The position numbers and the translations under genes were made by a program. Shown piece after piece: positions 28,436-43,096 of a stretch of 64,000 nt of DNA. Location: NCBI RefSeq assembly GCF_009914755.1, contig NC_060939.1; one strand, 5' to 3'. This DNA is from the human T2T-CHM13v2.0 reference genome, Homo sapiens. The notes under the pieces are model-generated. The model searched no databases. It saw only the letters and a program-made list of their open reading frames with translations, and was not told the origin of the DNA. Numbering within the stretch: the stretch's first letter is position 1; each line of letters starts with the position of its first letter.

Positions 28436-29474
28436 AGGAATTTCTTGCAGTTGGGGATCACTGGGCACCATTGCAGGGTCTAACTGACACATTAGGTCTT
28501 CTCCAATCTGCAAGTTTCATAGTCTTCACTTCTTTTTCTTGACCTTGACCCTGTTGAAATGTACAGGTCAGATATTTTGTAAGATGTCCCACAATATGGA
28601 TTTGTCTCATGATTTCTCATGATTAAACTAGGGACATGTATACATTAAACACATGTCATCTAATTTTGAAGACAGGAAAAACTAAACAGTATGGATATTA
28701 GAAATATAAACATAGAGATAAATATAACAAACACAAATTAGAGGATAAATCACAGTAATTGCAACCTTCAGTGATTAAGGAAGGTGATGAAGCTAAGGAG
28801 ATCCATGAATGGCCATCAACATATTGCTCATGTTCTATTTTATAAGATCAGCAGTGACTTTAAATAAAAAGAAACTTTATACATTTTAGAGTCATTTAGG
28901 ATTTACAGAATTGTTTTAAATACAGTACATAGACTTTCCATATATCCCACTACAGTTGCTCTTTTTATTAACTTCTTAATTTAGGACATTTGTCACAATT
29001 AACCAATTTTAAACAGTATCATTAACTACTCTTCATACTTTATTCAGATTTTCTCAGTTTTCACTTAATGTCTGATTTCTATTCCAGGATTTCATCCAGG
29101 ATACCTCAGCACAGTTAGATATCATGTCTCCTTAGACTTCTCTGACTGTTGCAGTTTCTTAGAGTTTCCTAGTTTTTGATGACATTGACATTCCTAATGT
29201 GGGATTTCTCTGAGGTTTCTTTTATGATAAGACTAGATTTGTGGGTTTAGGAGAGGAAGATGACAGAGGAAAGGTGCCATTCTCTTCACATTATACCAAG
29301 GGCATAGGCTCTCAACAGGCTTTATCACTGTTAATGTTAATTTGATCCCCTGGATGAGGTGGTTTTTATCAAATTATCAAACACTGTGAAATTATTATTA
29401 TTTTTCCCTTTCCCCATAGAATGTTTCAGAACAAAGTCACTAACACAACAGACATTCAAGAAGTGGGGGTCATG

Positions 29475-29774
<300 letters not shown>

Positions 29775-30925
29775 GTGGGGATTCATGATCTACCTTCTTA
29801 TTGGCAGAATGTCTACAAGTTTATTTGAACCCTCAACCGTAAACATGTGTCTATTCTAACTATTACATATTTATTCATTTCTATATAAATTATTTATATC
29901 ATCATCTAAACATGGATATTTATTTTATACTTTACATATGCTAATTTATTTGATTGTTCAAATTGTTCCATGGTTGGCTATTGGAAGGTTTTTTAGTTGT
30001 CTCTGGTATAATTTTGAAATACCCACATAATTAAGGTTCAATGTTGTATGGTTGGTTGGTTTTGTTGTTGGTTAGCATTTTCTTTTCTTTAACCACTAGT
30101 AGGTGCTCCAGACTTGGTTGGTTTTCTTGTTGTTTAGCATTGTCTTTTCTTTAACCACTACTAGGTGCTCCAGGCTAACTGTGTATTTAATTGTACTCCA
30201 GGCTAGTTGTATAATTGTGTAATTTCTACTAATGTTTCCGATACCATATGATCTAATCCAGCACCATATGAATGATGTATGTAGTCTCTTACTCTCCCTG
30301 TGAAGAAGTCGATGCTGTTCACTTAATCGTACTACCTGAACATCCATGCAGAGTGGTTTCAGAACTGGTAACTTATACCCCAATGGGAAACAATTTTACC
30401 AAGCAAAGTACAGTACATAGGTATAAATACTTTGGCTTTTAGCCTCAGAATATCCACTGATTACCCAAATTACTTAGGTCCATTGCTTTCCTCCACTTTC
30501 TTTAGTGAGGTTATTCCATACATTCATTACATGGTTATATTATTTTTTTGGGCATTCCTCCTTGGAAACCCTCTACCTACTAAATAAGGTTTTAAATTTG
30601 CATAATTTAGATACACTGTTTGTGTTATAAAGTTCTTCAGGATTCGGAAAACATTATTATGTATCCACCATTACAATATCAGAGAGAGTAATTTCACTGC
30701 CCCAAAGAAACCTCCTGTATTTCACGCATCCCACCTTCTCTCTCCCAAGCTCCTCGTTACCACCGAGCTCTTTGCTATCACTATCCTTTTCTCCTTTTCC
30801 AGAGAATCATATAGGTGGAATTACACAGTATTTTGCCTTTTCCAACTTATATTTTGTCACATAGCAAGATACCTTTTAGATTTTTGAAGTATGTATCATG
30901 TTTTTTTAGACTTCCCTTCCCCTAT

Positions 30926-31451
30926 TGTTGCAGGACAGGTGAGCCCCAAATTTGGGGCTTCAGCTGGCAGGGTTCTTGGCTTTGCCTAGGAAAGTGTTTA
31001 AGGGCAAGACAGTGGTGATAGACAGAAATGTTTTATTGAACAGTACTGCTCCTTAAAGAGCAGGGCTAACTCATAGGCGTTGCGTTTGTTGGTAACCTAT
31101 GGGCCCTTGTCAACTATCTTTACACTAAGGGAAACCCACTTTCAATTACATGTAAATTGAGGAGTGGATCAATGAAATTTGATGGGCAGGTTATTCAGAA
31201 CTTTCCAGGACAGGAGTGGTAATTTCTGGGTTGTTGCCATGGAAAGAGGTGGTTAAATTCCAGGTTGTTGGCATGGAATTTATAAACAGTCATGGCGCTG
31301 GAGGGAATGTCTCATGCCAGTGAGCAATGAGGACAACCAGGGATCCCTTTGTCTCTTTTTGCCAGTTTCTTCACTGTATGCTGTCTGGACCAGATCTTGT
31401 TTTGATCAGCAGGGTTGTGACTAGAAAACAACTTGCCGGTCTCCTATCTCA
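30926..31451 (-). mobile_element. ERV1 solo LTR (LTR19/LTR26-like; family tentative)
   Basis: TG..CA ends; absent at the paralogous site (cctaatgac) in A and B. Confidence 0.7.
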
Positions 31452-31644
31452 TAATGGCAAAAGGCATTGAGTGTCTTTTCGTGTGATTTGGGTATGACTG
31501 TAGCTTTTCTGGAGAATTGGGTATTTGAATAAATTCCATTTTTGATTGAGATATTTGCCTTTTTTATTTTTGAGCTCTAAGATGTTGTCATATATATATG
31601 ATTAACAATAGACCATTATCACCTATAAAATTTGCAAATATTTG

Positions 31645-31820
31645 GTTTTTAATTTAACTTTTAAGTTTCAGGGTACAAGTGCACATTTGTTACATAGGTA
31701 AACTTGTGTTATGGTGGTTTGATGTAGATTATTTCATCACCAATGTACTAAGCCTAGAACCCATTAGTTATTTTTTCTGATCCTCTCTCACCGCCCACCC
31801 TCCACCATCTGATAGGCCTC
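31645..31820 (-). mobile_element. L1PA13-16-like 3' end fragment
   Basis: ttttaagtttcagggtacaagtgcac..ataggtaaacttgtgt..ccaccctccacc. Confidence 0.8.
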
Positions 31821-33374
31821 TAATGAGGTTTAATATATCTGTTTTTTCTTCTTCCCTTTTGCTTTCAGCATCGTATCTTAGAAAAGAGTGTTTAACCTAA
31901 GACCATGAAGATGTATTCCTGTGTATTTTCTATATTTTGGACCTTTGTAGCTATTATATAGAGATATATGATCATTTTGAGTCAATTACATTTTCAGTGT
32001 GAGGCAGGAGTTCGACTTGCATGGAATATGCACTTGTTTCAGAAATATTTGAGTAAAAATATTTATCCATATATAATTTATTTGGTGACATTATAAAATT
32101 GTTTCACTATAAATGTAAGTATTCACTTTTGAACACTATATTCTATTACATTGATCAACATCTGTATTCTTATACTAGTACCATAAATCTTGATTATTAT
32201 TACTTTGTAGTGAGTTTTGAAGGCAGGAATTATGTATCTCCCATGCCAGCCTTTTTTCTTCTTTCTCAAAATTGTTTAGGCTGCTCTGGGTCTATTGCAT
32301 TATATATGAATTTTAGATAAACTTTGTGAATTTAGAAAAAGGAAATGTCACCTGGGATTTTGATAGAGGTTGCATTAAATCTATAGATCCATTTGGAAAA
32401 TATTGCCAGGCTAACAACATTAACCTTTATAAACAATGAATAGTCAAAGGTTTTTTTCCATTTTTTTCAAAATGTTTTCTATAGTTTTTGTGTATATATC
32501 TTATACTTAACTTGATAAACTTATTTTTGATGTCATCTCAGATGGAACATTCTGAATTTTTTGTTTTAGATTGTTAATTGCTAGCATATAGAAATTCAGA
32601 GGATTTTATATATGTTGACCTTATATACTGGAAGTTTGTTGAACTCATTTCTAAATTCTAACCATATTTGATTAGAGCCCTTTGGACATTTTATACGTAA
32701 GATCATGTCATATGCCAACAGACATAGTTTGACTTCCTTTCCATACTGGAAGCCTTACATTTATTTTTCTAGACTAATTGCCATGTCTATATCCTCCAGT
32801 ACAATGTTAAAAACAAGTGTCAAGAGTGGAAATCCTTGTCTTGTTTCTAATCTTGGAGAAATTAGTGAACCTTTCAGATAACTTATGATGATATGTTGGT
32901 TGGTTTTTTATGGATCCCCTTTAAAAGGAAGACAGTTCCCTTATCTGCCTCATTTGCTGCATGTCCTTCTCATAGGGAGTTTGAGAATTCTCAAGTGCCT
33001 ATGCATCTTCTGAGATGATTATGTGGTTTTTGTTCTTTATTATATCAACATAGTGCATAGCACTTGTTGTATGTTGAACCAAATTTTGCTTTCCTGAGGT
33101 AAATACCCTTGACATAATGTGTAATACTTTTTACATGTTTCTGGTTTGTTTTGCTAATATTTCCTTGATGATTTTTGCCCCTGTATTCATAAGGTATAGT
33201 GTTCTTCGTTTTCCATATTTGAAATGTCTTTATCTAGCTGTGGTATCAGAGTAAACTAACTCAGTGTAGAATGGGAAATCATGCCTTCTCCACTTTTTTG
33301 GAATAATTTTTAATAAATTCGTATTAATTTTTTAAGTGATTCTAATAATTCACTAATGAATTCTTCCTGATGAG

Positions 33375-33562
33375 GTCAGAGAGGTTAATCCTAAGAACAC
33401 TTACATGAGCTTGGAAGGAGACCCTTCCCCAGCTGAGCCTTAGCCTGGGCCATCACCTACATCTGGACTGAAGACCTAGAGAAACTGTGAGTAATATGTG
33501 TGTGGTTTTGAACCACTAAGATGTGTGGGAATTTGTTATGCATCAAGTCATAAGTAATATAC
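33375..33562 (+). mobile_element. MLT1 LTR fragment, copy D
   Basis: atgagcttggaaggagacccttccccagctgagcc..agaaactgtgagt. Confidence 0.8.
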
Positions 33563-33636
33563 CTGACAGTAATTGCAATGTGGTATTCTGGGTTAGGTCT
33601 TGGAACAGATAAATATATCATTATTAGAAATTCTGA

Positions 33637-33944
33637 GGCTGGGTGTGGTGGCTCACGCCTGTAATCCCAGCACTTTGGGAGGCTGAGGCGGGCAAATAAC
33701 GAGTTCAGGAGATCGAGACCATCCTGGCTAACATGGTGAAACCCCATCTCTAATAAAAATAGAAAAATTTAGCTGAGTATGGTGGTGGGCGCCTGTAGTC
33801 CCAGCTACTCAGGAGGCTGAGGCAGGAGAATGGCCCAGAACCCAGGAGGCGGAGCTTGCAGTGAGCCAAGATGGCGCCACTGCACTCCAGCCTGGATGAC
33901 AGAGCATGACTCTGTCTCAAAAACAAAACAAAATAAAACAAAAA
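33637..33944 (+). mobile_element. AluY
   Basis: gatcgagaccatcctggctaac, ggagcttgcag; TSD agaaattctg. Confidence 0.9.
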
Positions 33945-34652
33945 GAAATTCTGGTAAAATATGAAGGAAGTCTGTAGATCAGTTAATAGTTTTGAAATAG
34001 TGAAATTCTTAGTTTTCATGAATATACTATGGTTAGAATAGTACATTCTAGTTAGCTGAAGGGTATATGGAACTGTCTGTTCTACCTGTGTATCTTTTTG
34101 TAAATCTGCAATTATTTCAAAATAAATTTGTTTTCTAAAATTATTATATTTTTTAAAAGAAAACAAAGACATAAGCAAAAAACTTTGGCTTCCAGAGATG
34201 CATGGACACATAGGGAGAGAAAAGCAATCTAGAGTTTTTTATCTAGTTGCCTTTCCAAACCCAAGTTCACCTGCTTCAAGAAGGCACCATCAAGCTCCAG
34301 GGACTGTCATCCTTTCTCTCCTTCTCCGTTACCCACTCAGCAGTTGGAGTGTCAGCAACCACTTATTCAGAAAAAGCTGCGTTTCCTTCACATATCCCAA
34401 AAAGCCCCATGTGTGGACATCATTTAGCAGTGTATATTCAGGATCCCACTGAAGCATTTTTGGGAGATATGACTCTCAGATATTAGAAGCCAAGAATAAG
34501 AAATTTCAGTGACAGGGAACATAAATCATATTTCTGCATTCAGGATAATGTTTTCCTGGTACAGGCATTTCTTTTTCAAGTAATCAAAAGACAACTGTAC
34601 CTTCAAACCTTTCAGAAAAATATGTTCTAATTTAGTTCTTTTGATTCTACAG

Positions 34653-34749
34653 ACTCCATCAGGAATTGTTTGGGACCGTGCATTCTGTTGACACTCACTT
34701 TGTGGAATTATGTTGCCCACTGCCAACCCTAAAGCCACCAAGGTAGCAG
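34653..34749 (+). pseudogene. Candidate signal-peptide exon, copy D (second exon deleted)
   Basis: Strong acceptor ttcttttgattctacag|actccatcAGG; reads RNCLGPCILLTLTLWNYVAHCQP*; donor CAG|GTAAGC. Confidence 0.45.
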
Positions 34750-37149
34750 GTAAGCAGAGTACAAAAAATGTTTCTAATAAATTGGTTTAGGCCAGTCCCT
34801 ACTTACAGAGACCTGGATATGAATCTTTTACACAACAGATTTTTTGCAGTTGGATGCTAGTGAGTGGAGAAAGCAGCTGACAAAGTGCTGAGCAATGAGT
34901 CTCCAGACAAACTCTAACTGCATGGAAGATGTGATTTCCCACAATATCTTAAACCAGCAGTTCCTTAGAGGCTGGCCTGGACACCACAATTCTAAAAGAG
35001 ATACCATTTAAGAGAAACCAAATTCTAGACCAGATCATGAGGCAAACACCCAGCACTTTATCTCCACATTCTAACCTGATTAGAAGTTGCAGTTCAATGA
35101 AAGAATGTCTTAGATATTTGAGAGCATGACTTTATCTTTATTTAATTTAGCCTTGCTGGAATTTAAAACTGTAGGGCAAAATTCAGTCAACCTCCTAAAT
35201 TATGTGAGTTTTTGTTTTTGTATGTGAGTTTCTGCATACACATAAAGAAACTCCTATAGTTTAGGAGGTTGACTGAATTTTGGGTGTACAGAAACTCATA
35301 CTTTATGTGCTGCTTCTTCAATCAGGGTATTCCTGAGGGAAAACCAAAAGCAATCCTCAAATGCAAGTACCCAAATTAGGGTTGAGCAGAGTAGCAAGGG
35401 GGCAGATTAAAACATTTTATAAAGACCATTATGCATCTACTTCTGCAGTGACTAATTACCAAGTGATTTCTATGATCACCAACCATATGGTTAAAACAGC
35501 AAATGGGAATGAAGAAAACAGAGTTACATAAATGATATAGCTGAAAGAATGGAGTTCATAATGAAGCTCACAAGGGTCATTGGTCAAATGCCTAAGATTG
35601 CAGTGGGAAGTTTCAAGTTACAGCTTTTTCTAGGTCTTTAGAAAGCTATCACTCCAGTGAATTTTTCAAGTAACTCTTTATAATTTCTATCTTCTTCCTC
35701 AGTGGATTTCTTAAACCATAGTTCATAGAACTACATTTCCATGCATAACAGAAGAATTATAGAATTCCACTAATAACTGTAATGTCTCTAATAGCTATGT
35801 AGAATGTAAATACACTTGGTAAACTTATGTGATAAGATTTAAGCATGTTTCTTCAATAACAGATAAGAATACAGTTGATGAGCCACCATAATCTAACACT
35901 GAGAAATGGGCAGTCACAGAGGACAGTGTATTCCATTCATCATAGGGGGCACATTTTCACATTTGTGAAACACAGATGCACCTTAAATTTGATAGTGTTA
36001 AAACATTATTGACGAGACGGCGACCATAACGTGATTGTCCTCATTTACATATACATGAGCTTGGTCTATAAACCTTCCATTGACATCTTCAGGTCATACC
36101 ATCAACATCATGTCTTGCATAGGGGGTTTCAGACGGTTGGAAAGATAAACTCACAGGAGCACCATAGGAATCTCGCAAGAAGTGCAGCATCACCAAAGTG
36201 TCAGATTAGCACAGGTGATAATAATATGGGGAAAATCATGAGCAGATGAGTTGAAGAGTGATTCAGGAGAGTTACATCTCAATGAGAGAAAATTTAGGAA
36301 AACCTTTGTCAATGTATTTTTCTTGTATGTTCCATCCCATGTAGGAATGACACAAGACAAATATCCACATGTACGCACATTGAATATATTTTTTCCAGTA
36401 ATTGTAATGTATTTATGTTATTACTATGTGATTTATTTATAAGTGATAAAAGTACTAGTTTCTTCATTTGTTAGTGGTTTTGTTCTTCCATTCTGGTGCA
36501 TGAAATAATGACATGTTACAATTGACGCAAATGATATATCTCGCAATTTATTAGAAAATTAATTTTTAGGGGTTAGAATAGGCTTGATAGTATACAACAA
36601 TCTTTATATGTTATCATTTCATAGAATCCATACTGACATCTCAAGAAGTAAGCATGATTTTCACCTCTGTGGTCCATTTCGGAGTCTGAGCTGACTTTCT
36701 ACAGGACAGGTATAAAGGAACCTTGAGTATGATACTGTCTGCCCCAGAGTCTTTGCTCACTTTGACTATGTAGAATGTGTCTTCTCTTACATGGTAAATA
36801 ATTTTCAGGTCTAGTTAGACAGCTCAGCCTACCCTCTGTCATGAAGATATTTTCCTAAATTGTTTTGTTAATACTCTTTTATTTTTATATTTAAGCCTAT
36901 GAACCAACTAGAATTGATTTTGTGTGTATGTGAGGTCAAAGGTCAGATATTGGTTATTCCCTGTGGATATTCAATTTCCTGGAACATTTTAATAAAAATT
37001 GATCTTTCCCCCATGCATCAATGTATAAATCAATTTTTATATATGTATATGTCTGCATTCTAGCTCTGTTTTTATTTTTTAAGTTACTGGTTGTTTCTTC
37101 TATCTTTGTGCAAATTCTACACTGTCTTATTATTATCATTATTATTATC

Positions 37150-37437
37150 TTTTTTTTTGATACAGAGTCACTCTGTTGCCCAGGCTGGAGTGTTATGGTG
37201 CAATCATGGCTCACTGCAACCTCCTCCTCCTGGGTTCAAGCGATTCTTGTGCATCAGCCTCCCGAGTAATGGATTATAGGTGTGCGCCACCACACCAGGC
37301 TAATTGTTTTGTATTTTTAGTACAGATGGAGTTTCACCATGTTGGCTAGGCTGGTCTCGAGCTCCTGACCTCAGGTGATCTACCCGCCTCAGCCTCCCAG
37401 CATGCTGGGATTACAAGTGTGAGTCACTGCACCTATT
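37150..37437 (-). mobile_element. AluS
   Basis: Full Alu; TSD acactgtcttattatta. Confidence 0.9.
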
Positions 37438-37504
37438 CCACACTGTCTTATTATTAAGAGAGTCTATTTAGAACAATAATTTTCTCTCCAGAGATTTTTT
37501 TATA

Positions 37505-37810
37505 TTTTTTCTTTTTTAAGAGAGATAGAAGATTTCATCCGGTTGTCCAGCTAGGGTATAGTGGCTCAGTCGTAGAACAGATTATGTGTTCAAACTACTG
37601 GGATCAAGTGATCCTCCCCTCTCAGCATCCTGAATAGGTAGGACTACAGGCACAAGCCACCATGCCTGGTTAATTAATTTTTTTTTTTTTGGTAGACACC
37701 AGGTCTTCCTGTGTTTCCCATGCTAGTGTAGAACTCTTAGCCACAAGCAATCCTCCCTGCTTTGTCTCCCAGGGTGCTAAGATTACAGGTGTAAGCCACT
37801 GTGCCTGGCC
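37505..37810 (-). mobile_element. AluJ
   Basis: Diverged Alu dimer with J-type tcaagtgatcctccc. Confidence 0.85.
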
Positions 37811-37954
37811 CAGAGCCTCTTCTTTTAGCCACGGTACTTCTCTATAATGAAGTAAAAAATGTAACAACCTGCATGTCTTGCACCTACACCAATACTTTCA
37901 GCTGTACCTTGAATAAAGCAGTAGGTTTAGAACTTTTTTTAAAAAAAAAATTTA

Positions 37955-38254
37955 ATTGTTTTTTGAGACAGGATCTCGCTCTTACACCTGGGCTGGAGTG
38001 CAGTGGCAAGATCTTGGCTCACTGGAGCCTCGACTTCTGGGCTCAAGCAATCCTCCCACCTCACTTTCCCAAGTAGCTAGGATCACAGGTGCACAACTCC
38101 ATGCCCAGTTAAATTTTTTTATTTTTGTATTTTTTGTAGAGATGGGGTTTCACCTTGTTGCCCAGGCTGATCTCGAATTCCCGATTTCAAGCAATCCACC
38201 CACCTCAGCCTCCTGAAGTGCTGGGATTACAGGTGTGAGCCACCGCACCCGGCT
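37955..38254 (-). mobile_element. AluJ
   Basis: Alu dimer; TSD ggtttagaactt. Confidence 0.88.
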
Positions 38255-39035
38255 GGTTTAGAACTTAGAACGTTGCTGTAGACTCTTAAATCCCTTAATA
38301 TGCTTGTGAATCTGAGACAATCCCCCAACACCACTCCCCAGTTTATGTATACATACTTTCAACAACAGCCAGTAGTATTGAAAACCTTGAGATGCACCCA
38401 TAGTAACCTCCTGCACTGGTGTAGATGACCCCGTGACAGGTTGCTTCTTCTCCAGACCATGCCCACCAAAGTCACAGCCACATGGGAGCCTCTGAGCTCA
38501 GAGACACTGTTTGGGGTCTCCATGCACAAGGGCAGCAGCTCCCTGTCCTTTCTGTTGGTGAGGTGGGGAATTCAGTTCTTTTGAATAAGGCTGAGTTTAT
38601 TCAATACTGATTCTGCTGGCTGACCAGTGATACCTTAAGACTTTATTTCTTGCATTGTAATATTTATCCTGGTTTTGATATGATTTGTTGTGCAAATGTG
38701 TTTAACTCTTGGGTATAATTTTTTTCTTTTTTTGTTGTCATAAACGTCATCTAAAATCAAATTTTTATTTTTGTGTTGTGTGTTTAAGGTCTTTAGTCCT
38801 CTGTTTTAAAAATGCATTCACAATTATTTTTCAATGAACACTTTTAATTTTTTTAATCTTTTCTCATATTTCTCTCTCCTAAATTGAATGTGAATATCAC
38901 TTTTATTAGAAAAGATAGATGTTACACATTCTCTGTTTTATGTTTTTGTGCAAATTTTCTCTGAAATATCTCTGGTTGAAAAGGAGAAGGACAGAAACTG
39001 TTCTGGAAGCCAAAAGGCAAAATTGGCTCAGATTC

Positions 39036-39216
39036 CTAAAAATACAAAAAATTAGCCGGGCGAGCTGGCGGGCGCCTCTAGTCCCAGCTACTGGGGAGGC
39101 TGAGGCAGGAGAATGGTGTGAACCCCAGGGGGCGGAGCCTGCAGTGAGCCGAGGTCGCGCCACTGCACTCCAGCCTGGGCAACACCGAGACTCTGTCTCA
39201 AAAAAAAAAAAAAAAA
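39036..39216 (+). mobile_element. 5'-truncated AluY (Ye-like)
   Basis: gggcgag.., gaaccccagggggcggagcctgcag and the 2-nt deletion near the 3' end; TSD aaaattggctcagat. Confidence 0.85.
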
Positions 39217-40058
39217 TTGGCTCAGATCCTTATGCTTAAAAAGATGTGTGAAACTTTCTATTATATGGCTTAGTTTGCTGTACGTGTGGAAGGTTAACAA
39301 GGTATTGATTTGTGTAGCAGTACAGTAACACTTCACGTCTGAATACAAGGAGCAACCACTTCCTAACTGTGCAGGTGTGAACTTCATGATGTTGCTTTAT
39401 CTTCCGCTTATACAAAGATTTAGACAATGGCTGGACTCCGTAATTCCTTCCACCTCACTTCCATAAATGTGTGCATGACATTTCTTTGTACAGATCACCT
39501 AGTCTATTAGATAATAATTTTTCTTATTTTTGATGAGTGATTATTAAATTTGGTTTTAGTTCTCAGAGATATAAAAAATACCACTTAGAAAATGTGTACA
39601 TTGAGTGCTGTAATCAGAAAATACTTTTGTGCCATTGACTTGTAAAAAGGGAATTTCAATTTTTTATTTATTGTCATTTTCATCTACCTTAATATGCTCA
39701 AAAGGCTTTCATGCTTATGCTCTTTTTAGATTTTAATTTTTGTTGTCTTAGTCAAAAAACATGTGAGGGTTGGACACACTTGTTCAAGATGTGTGAGACA
39801 TGAGCAATCAACAGAGCAAAAACACTGGTATTTTATGGGAATATGTAATAAGAGATGGGCACTTGCCCTGCTAGGTGTGGCAGCCGTCAGGGTCTGTGGG
39901 CTTCGGTGCTGTACACAGAATCGACAGATCCTGCTTGAAGGAAAAAGTGCCCCTCATCTGTCGTACGACAGCCTGGCACCATTTTGTTACGAAACCCAGG
40001 TTTGGCCATGGCCACTTCCAAAATCAAGTAACAGAAGGGTAGTAAAAAGAAAGTCACT

Positions 40059-40269
40059 GGCCGGGCGTGCTGGCTCACACCTGTGATCCCAGCACTTTGG
40101 GAGGCCGAGGCGGGATGATCACCTGAGGTCAGGAGTTCAAGACCAGCCTGGCCAACATGGCGAAACCCTGTCTCTACTAAAAATACAAAAATTAGCCGAG
40201 CACCGTGGCGTGTGCCTGTAATCCCAACTACTGGGGAGAGAGAGAGACTCCTTCTCCAAAAAAAAAAAA
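40059..40269 (+). mobile_element. AluSx with deleted right arm, inside the 3' LTR
   Basis: TSD aaaaagaaagtcact; most of the right arm is replaced by (GA)n. Confidence 0.9.
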
Positions 40270-41073
40270 GAAAGTCACTTTATTCCCGAGCTTAGCAATG
40301 TGGAAGGGCTGGATTCATATCTAAAGGAACCATATAAGTTTTCTGGGCAGAAAACAGAGTTTTAAGAAGAAAAATTGGCAAGCAGGGCACGCAGAAGGGG
40401 TGTGGAGGTGTAGGATCTGCATGACTCGATGGATGACTTATCTCTAGTCATGGGTCATTCGTTAGCCTGCCCAGCATCACTGGGGACAGAGTCAGGTTGT
40501 GGATTAACTGATGTCTTGAGACAATCTCTCTGTGGAGGAGAATTCTGGTGGATGCTTATTTTCGTTCAAGATTTGGTAATTTGTAAGCAAACATGTACTT
40601 AGATAAGCTGACAGTGCTTGCTGGTTGTTTGGCTGGTGGAAAGGAAGGAGGGAAAAGTTTGAATTTTCATTTCTAAGGAGCTAAGTAAGACATGAACACA
40701 CAGGAAAAAGAGAAAAAGTAAATATTTTTTAAGGAAAATGAAGTACTTGTTTACAACACCCCACTGTCAAATTCCACTTTATTTTTATGCGATTGGAGCA
40801 TCATACACATTTGGTGTGCTTCCTACTGAAAGGGAGCATAGTTACAGAGCATTAGAATGGAATCTGTTTACCTGGAGTTGGAAATATTCTTGAGTTTTCA
40901 GCAGGAACTTACTGTGCATGTATGGTGTGAGGATCCAAGAATTTCTGAGAATGATTTCCTGCATCTCCATGTAGAGTGTACAACAGCAATAAAATTCATT
41001 GCAGCTGAAGAGGGCATTTAACAGTATTAATAATATCTATAAAAGTATTTTATGCATCAGGAAGCCAACTAAA

Positions 41074-41400
41074 TCATGATGTCATAGAGTCCTGACAGAG
41101 GGCATCTATAGTAGAAATATGGGTATCTACATGTATAGCTTGGGTTATATTGTGAGAATAATCTGGTGTGTGTGTGTGTGTGTGTGTCTGTATGTGTGTA
41201 AAATGGTCAGCCTTAATGAATGCACAAGTGCCACCCTGGGCTGCAGTTAACATATCTAAAGCCATATGATTTAAAGACATCATGAGATTGGAGATAGGAT
41301 TAGTTTGCTTGTGCATGTCTTTTAGGGCTGAGGATATGTTTCTGGAGTTATCCAGGAAGTATACACAGCATTTAGTCTTAATTATAGTGCAAAGCCCCAA
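41074..41400 (-). pseudogene. env: Retroviral env TM remnants (two tandem ISD/CX6CC regions)
   Basis: GLCTIIKTKCCVYFLDNSRNIS and NHMALDMLTAAQGGTCAFIK..PDYSHNITQA in the ORF track. Confidence 0.85.
41166..41187. repeat. (TG)n microsatellite within the env remnant
   Basis: Seen directly. Confidence 0.95.
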
Positions 41401-41429
41401 ATGTCAGTTGTACCCAGAGCTCCAGTGGA

Positions 41430-42145
41430 GATATGAGGACAAGTTGGTTAACTATACATACTTAACAGGCTACAGGAGGAGTTGTAAATGTTCATGAAGG
41501 TGGTCCTCACCCATGTGTATTAACAAATATCCATGGAACACACAACTCATTTATTTTGGGGCAGAGACTTAACTTTTCAATATATTATAATTATGCCCTA
41601 TATTTCAAAAGTTCTTCTGAGGACAAAGGCATACAAGTGTGCATTTACTGTAAACCGGCCAAAACTAGTTTATGGTGAGTGATCTTTTATCAGGAGAAAA
41701 TTACCGAAATTGGTCCCTTGTCTACTTCAATCTGTAGTTATGGCTGGTGGAACAGTGTCTGAGGTCAGTCAGTCAGCTTATCTTGAGGCTAGTGCTTGCT
41801 TGGCTGCTAGAGAAACACAGAAACCTTGTGGCAGTTGTAAACATAGTCTGCTTTTTTAAAGTGTAGGAATGTGAGACTTAACGCTTGCCTGGCATGTTTT
41901 TAAGTCCTGTTCATAATTTGGTATTTTATTGTTATAAAGAGTCTGTTTTACAGTTTTTATTGTAACGTTAATGCTGATCAGTTGTGCCTAAATTCCCATA
42001 ATGGGAGGAAGGTATAGTGAAGCATGTTCAACACCCCTCTTGTTGTCATGGCCTGAATTAGTTTTTCAGGTTGCTTTGGCTAACATGCGGGTAGGGAGTC
42101 TCCATTAAGTTGGTGGGGGCTTAGGACTTTATTTTGTAGTTTATA
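41430..42145 (-). mobile_element. MER4C-like LTR (3'-truncated) inside the provirus
   Basis: Minus strand starts ..aaaataaagtcctaagccccc..aaaaactaattcaggccatgac, preceded by the purine tract gacaaaaaaggagaa. Confidence 0.7.
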
Positions 42146-42730
42146 TTCTCCTTTTTTGTCAAGGTATGCCAGAGGCAGTATTGGTAGCCACGCTTCTATT
42201 TTCCCTCATGTCAATGCCAGAGCGGCGTGCTACCTGACCTGTGTCCATCATGTTCCTTGGTGAGACCACTATGTCCAAGGGACTTAGAATCAAAGGTCTT
42301 ATATCCAATTAAATGTTGTAGGCCAGACTGGAATGAACATGGGCAGGCAGTCTTTAATCCTTAAAACCTCTTTTAAGCAATGTAAGAGCCAAAAACTAAA
42401 AGTCAAAAGGTAAGGTTATATAACTGAATTGTCTCTGAATTTTATGCATTGAGCTGTTGTAATCTTGGCTTATAGGAAATATAGCTATACAAAACATAAG
42501 TATTTTATTTAGCTGTTTAGGCATCCATGTGCCCATCCTTTATTTGGGGGTCTGAATTAATTTTATTCCACAAGAACCGGCCCTTACAATCTCATGCATT
42601 CATACCTTCCATGATAGTCCCTGGGTCTGCAGGAATTGAACAGTTTTAAATTCTGGATATATTAATAAAACAAAATATTCACCATTAACAACATTTTAAG
42701 CAAAAATGCCATAAGTCTTGTCTTTTCCTA

Positions 42731-43096
<366 letters not shown>

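Noticed and set aside
39965-39984. PBS-like TGGTGCCAGG after the 3' LTR, suggesting a tandem provirus
   Set aside because: The same sequence (cagcctggcaccattt) is host-unit DNA at the empty paralogous site 22621.
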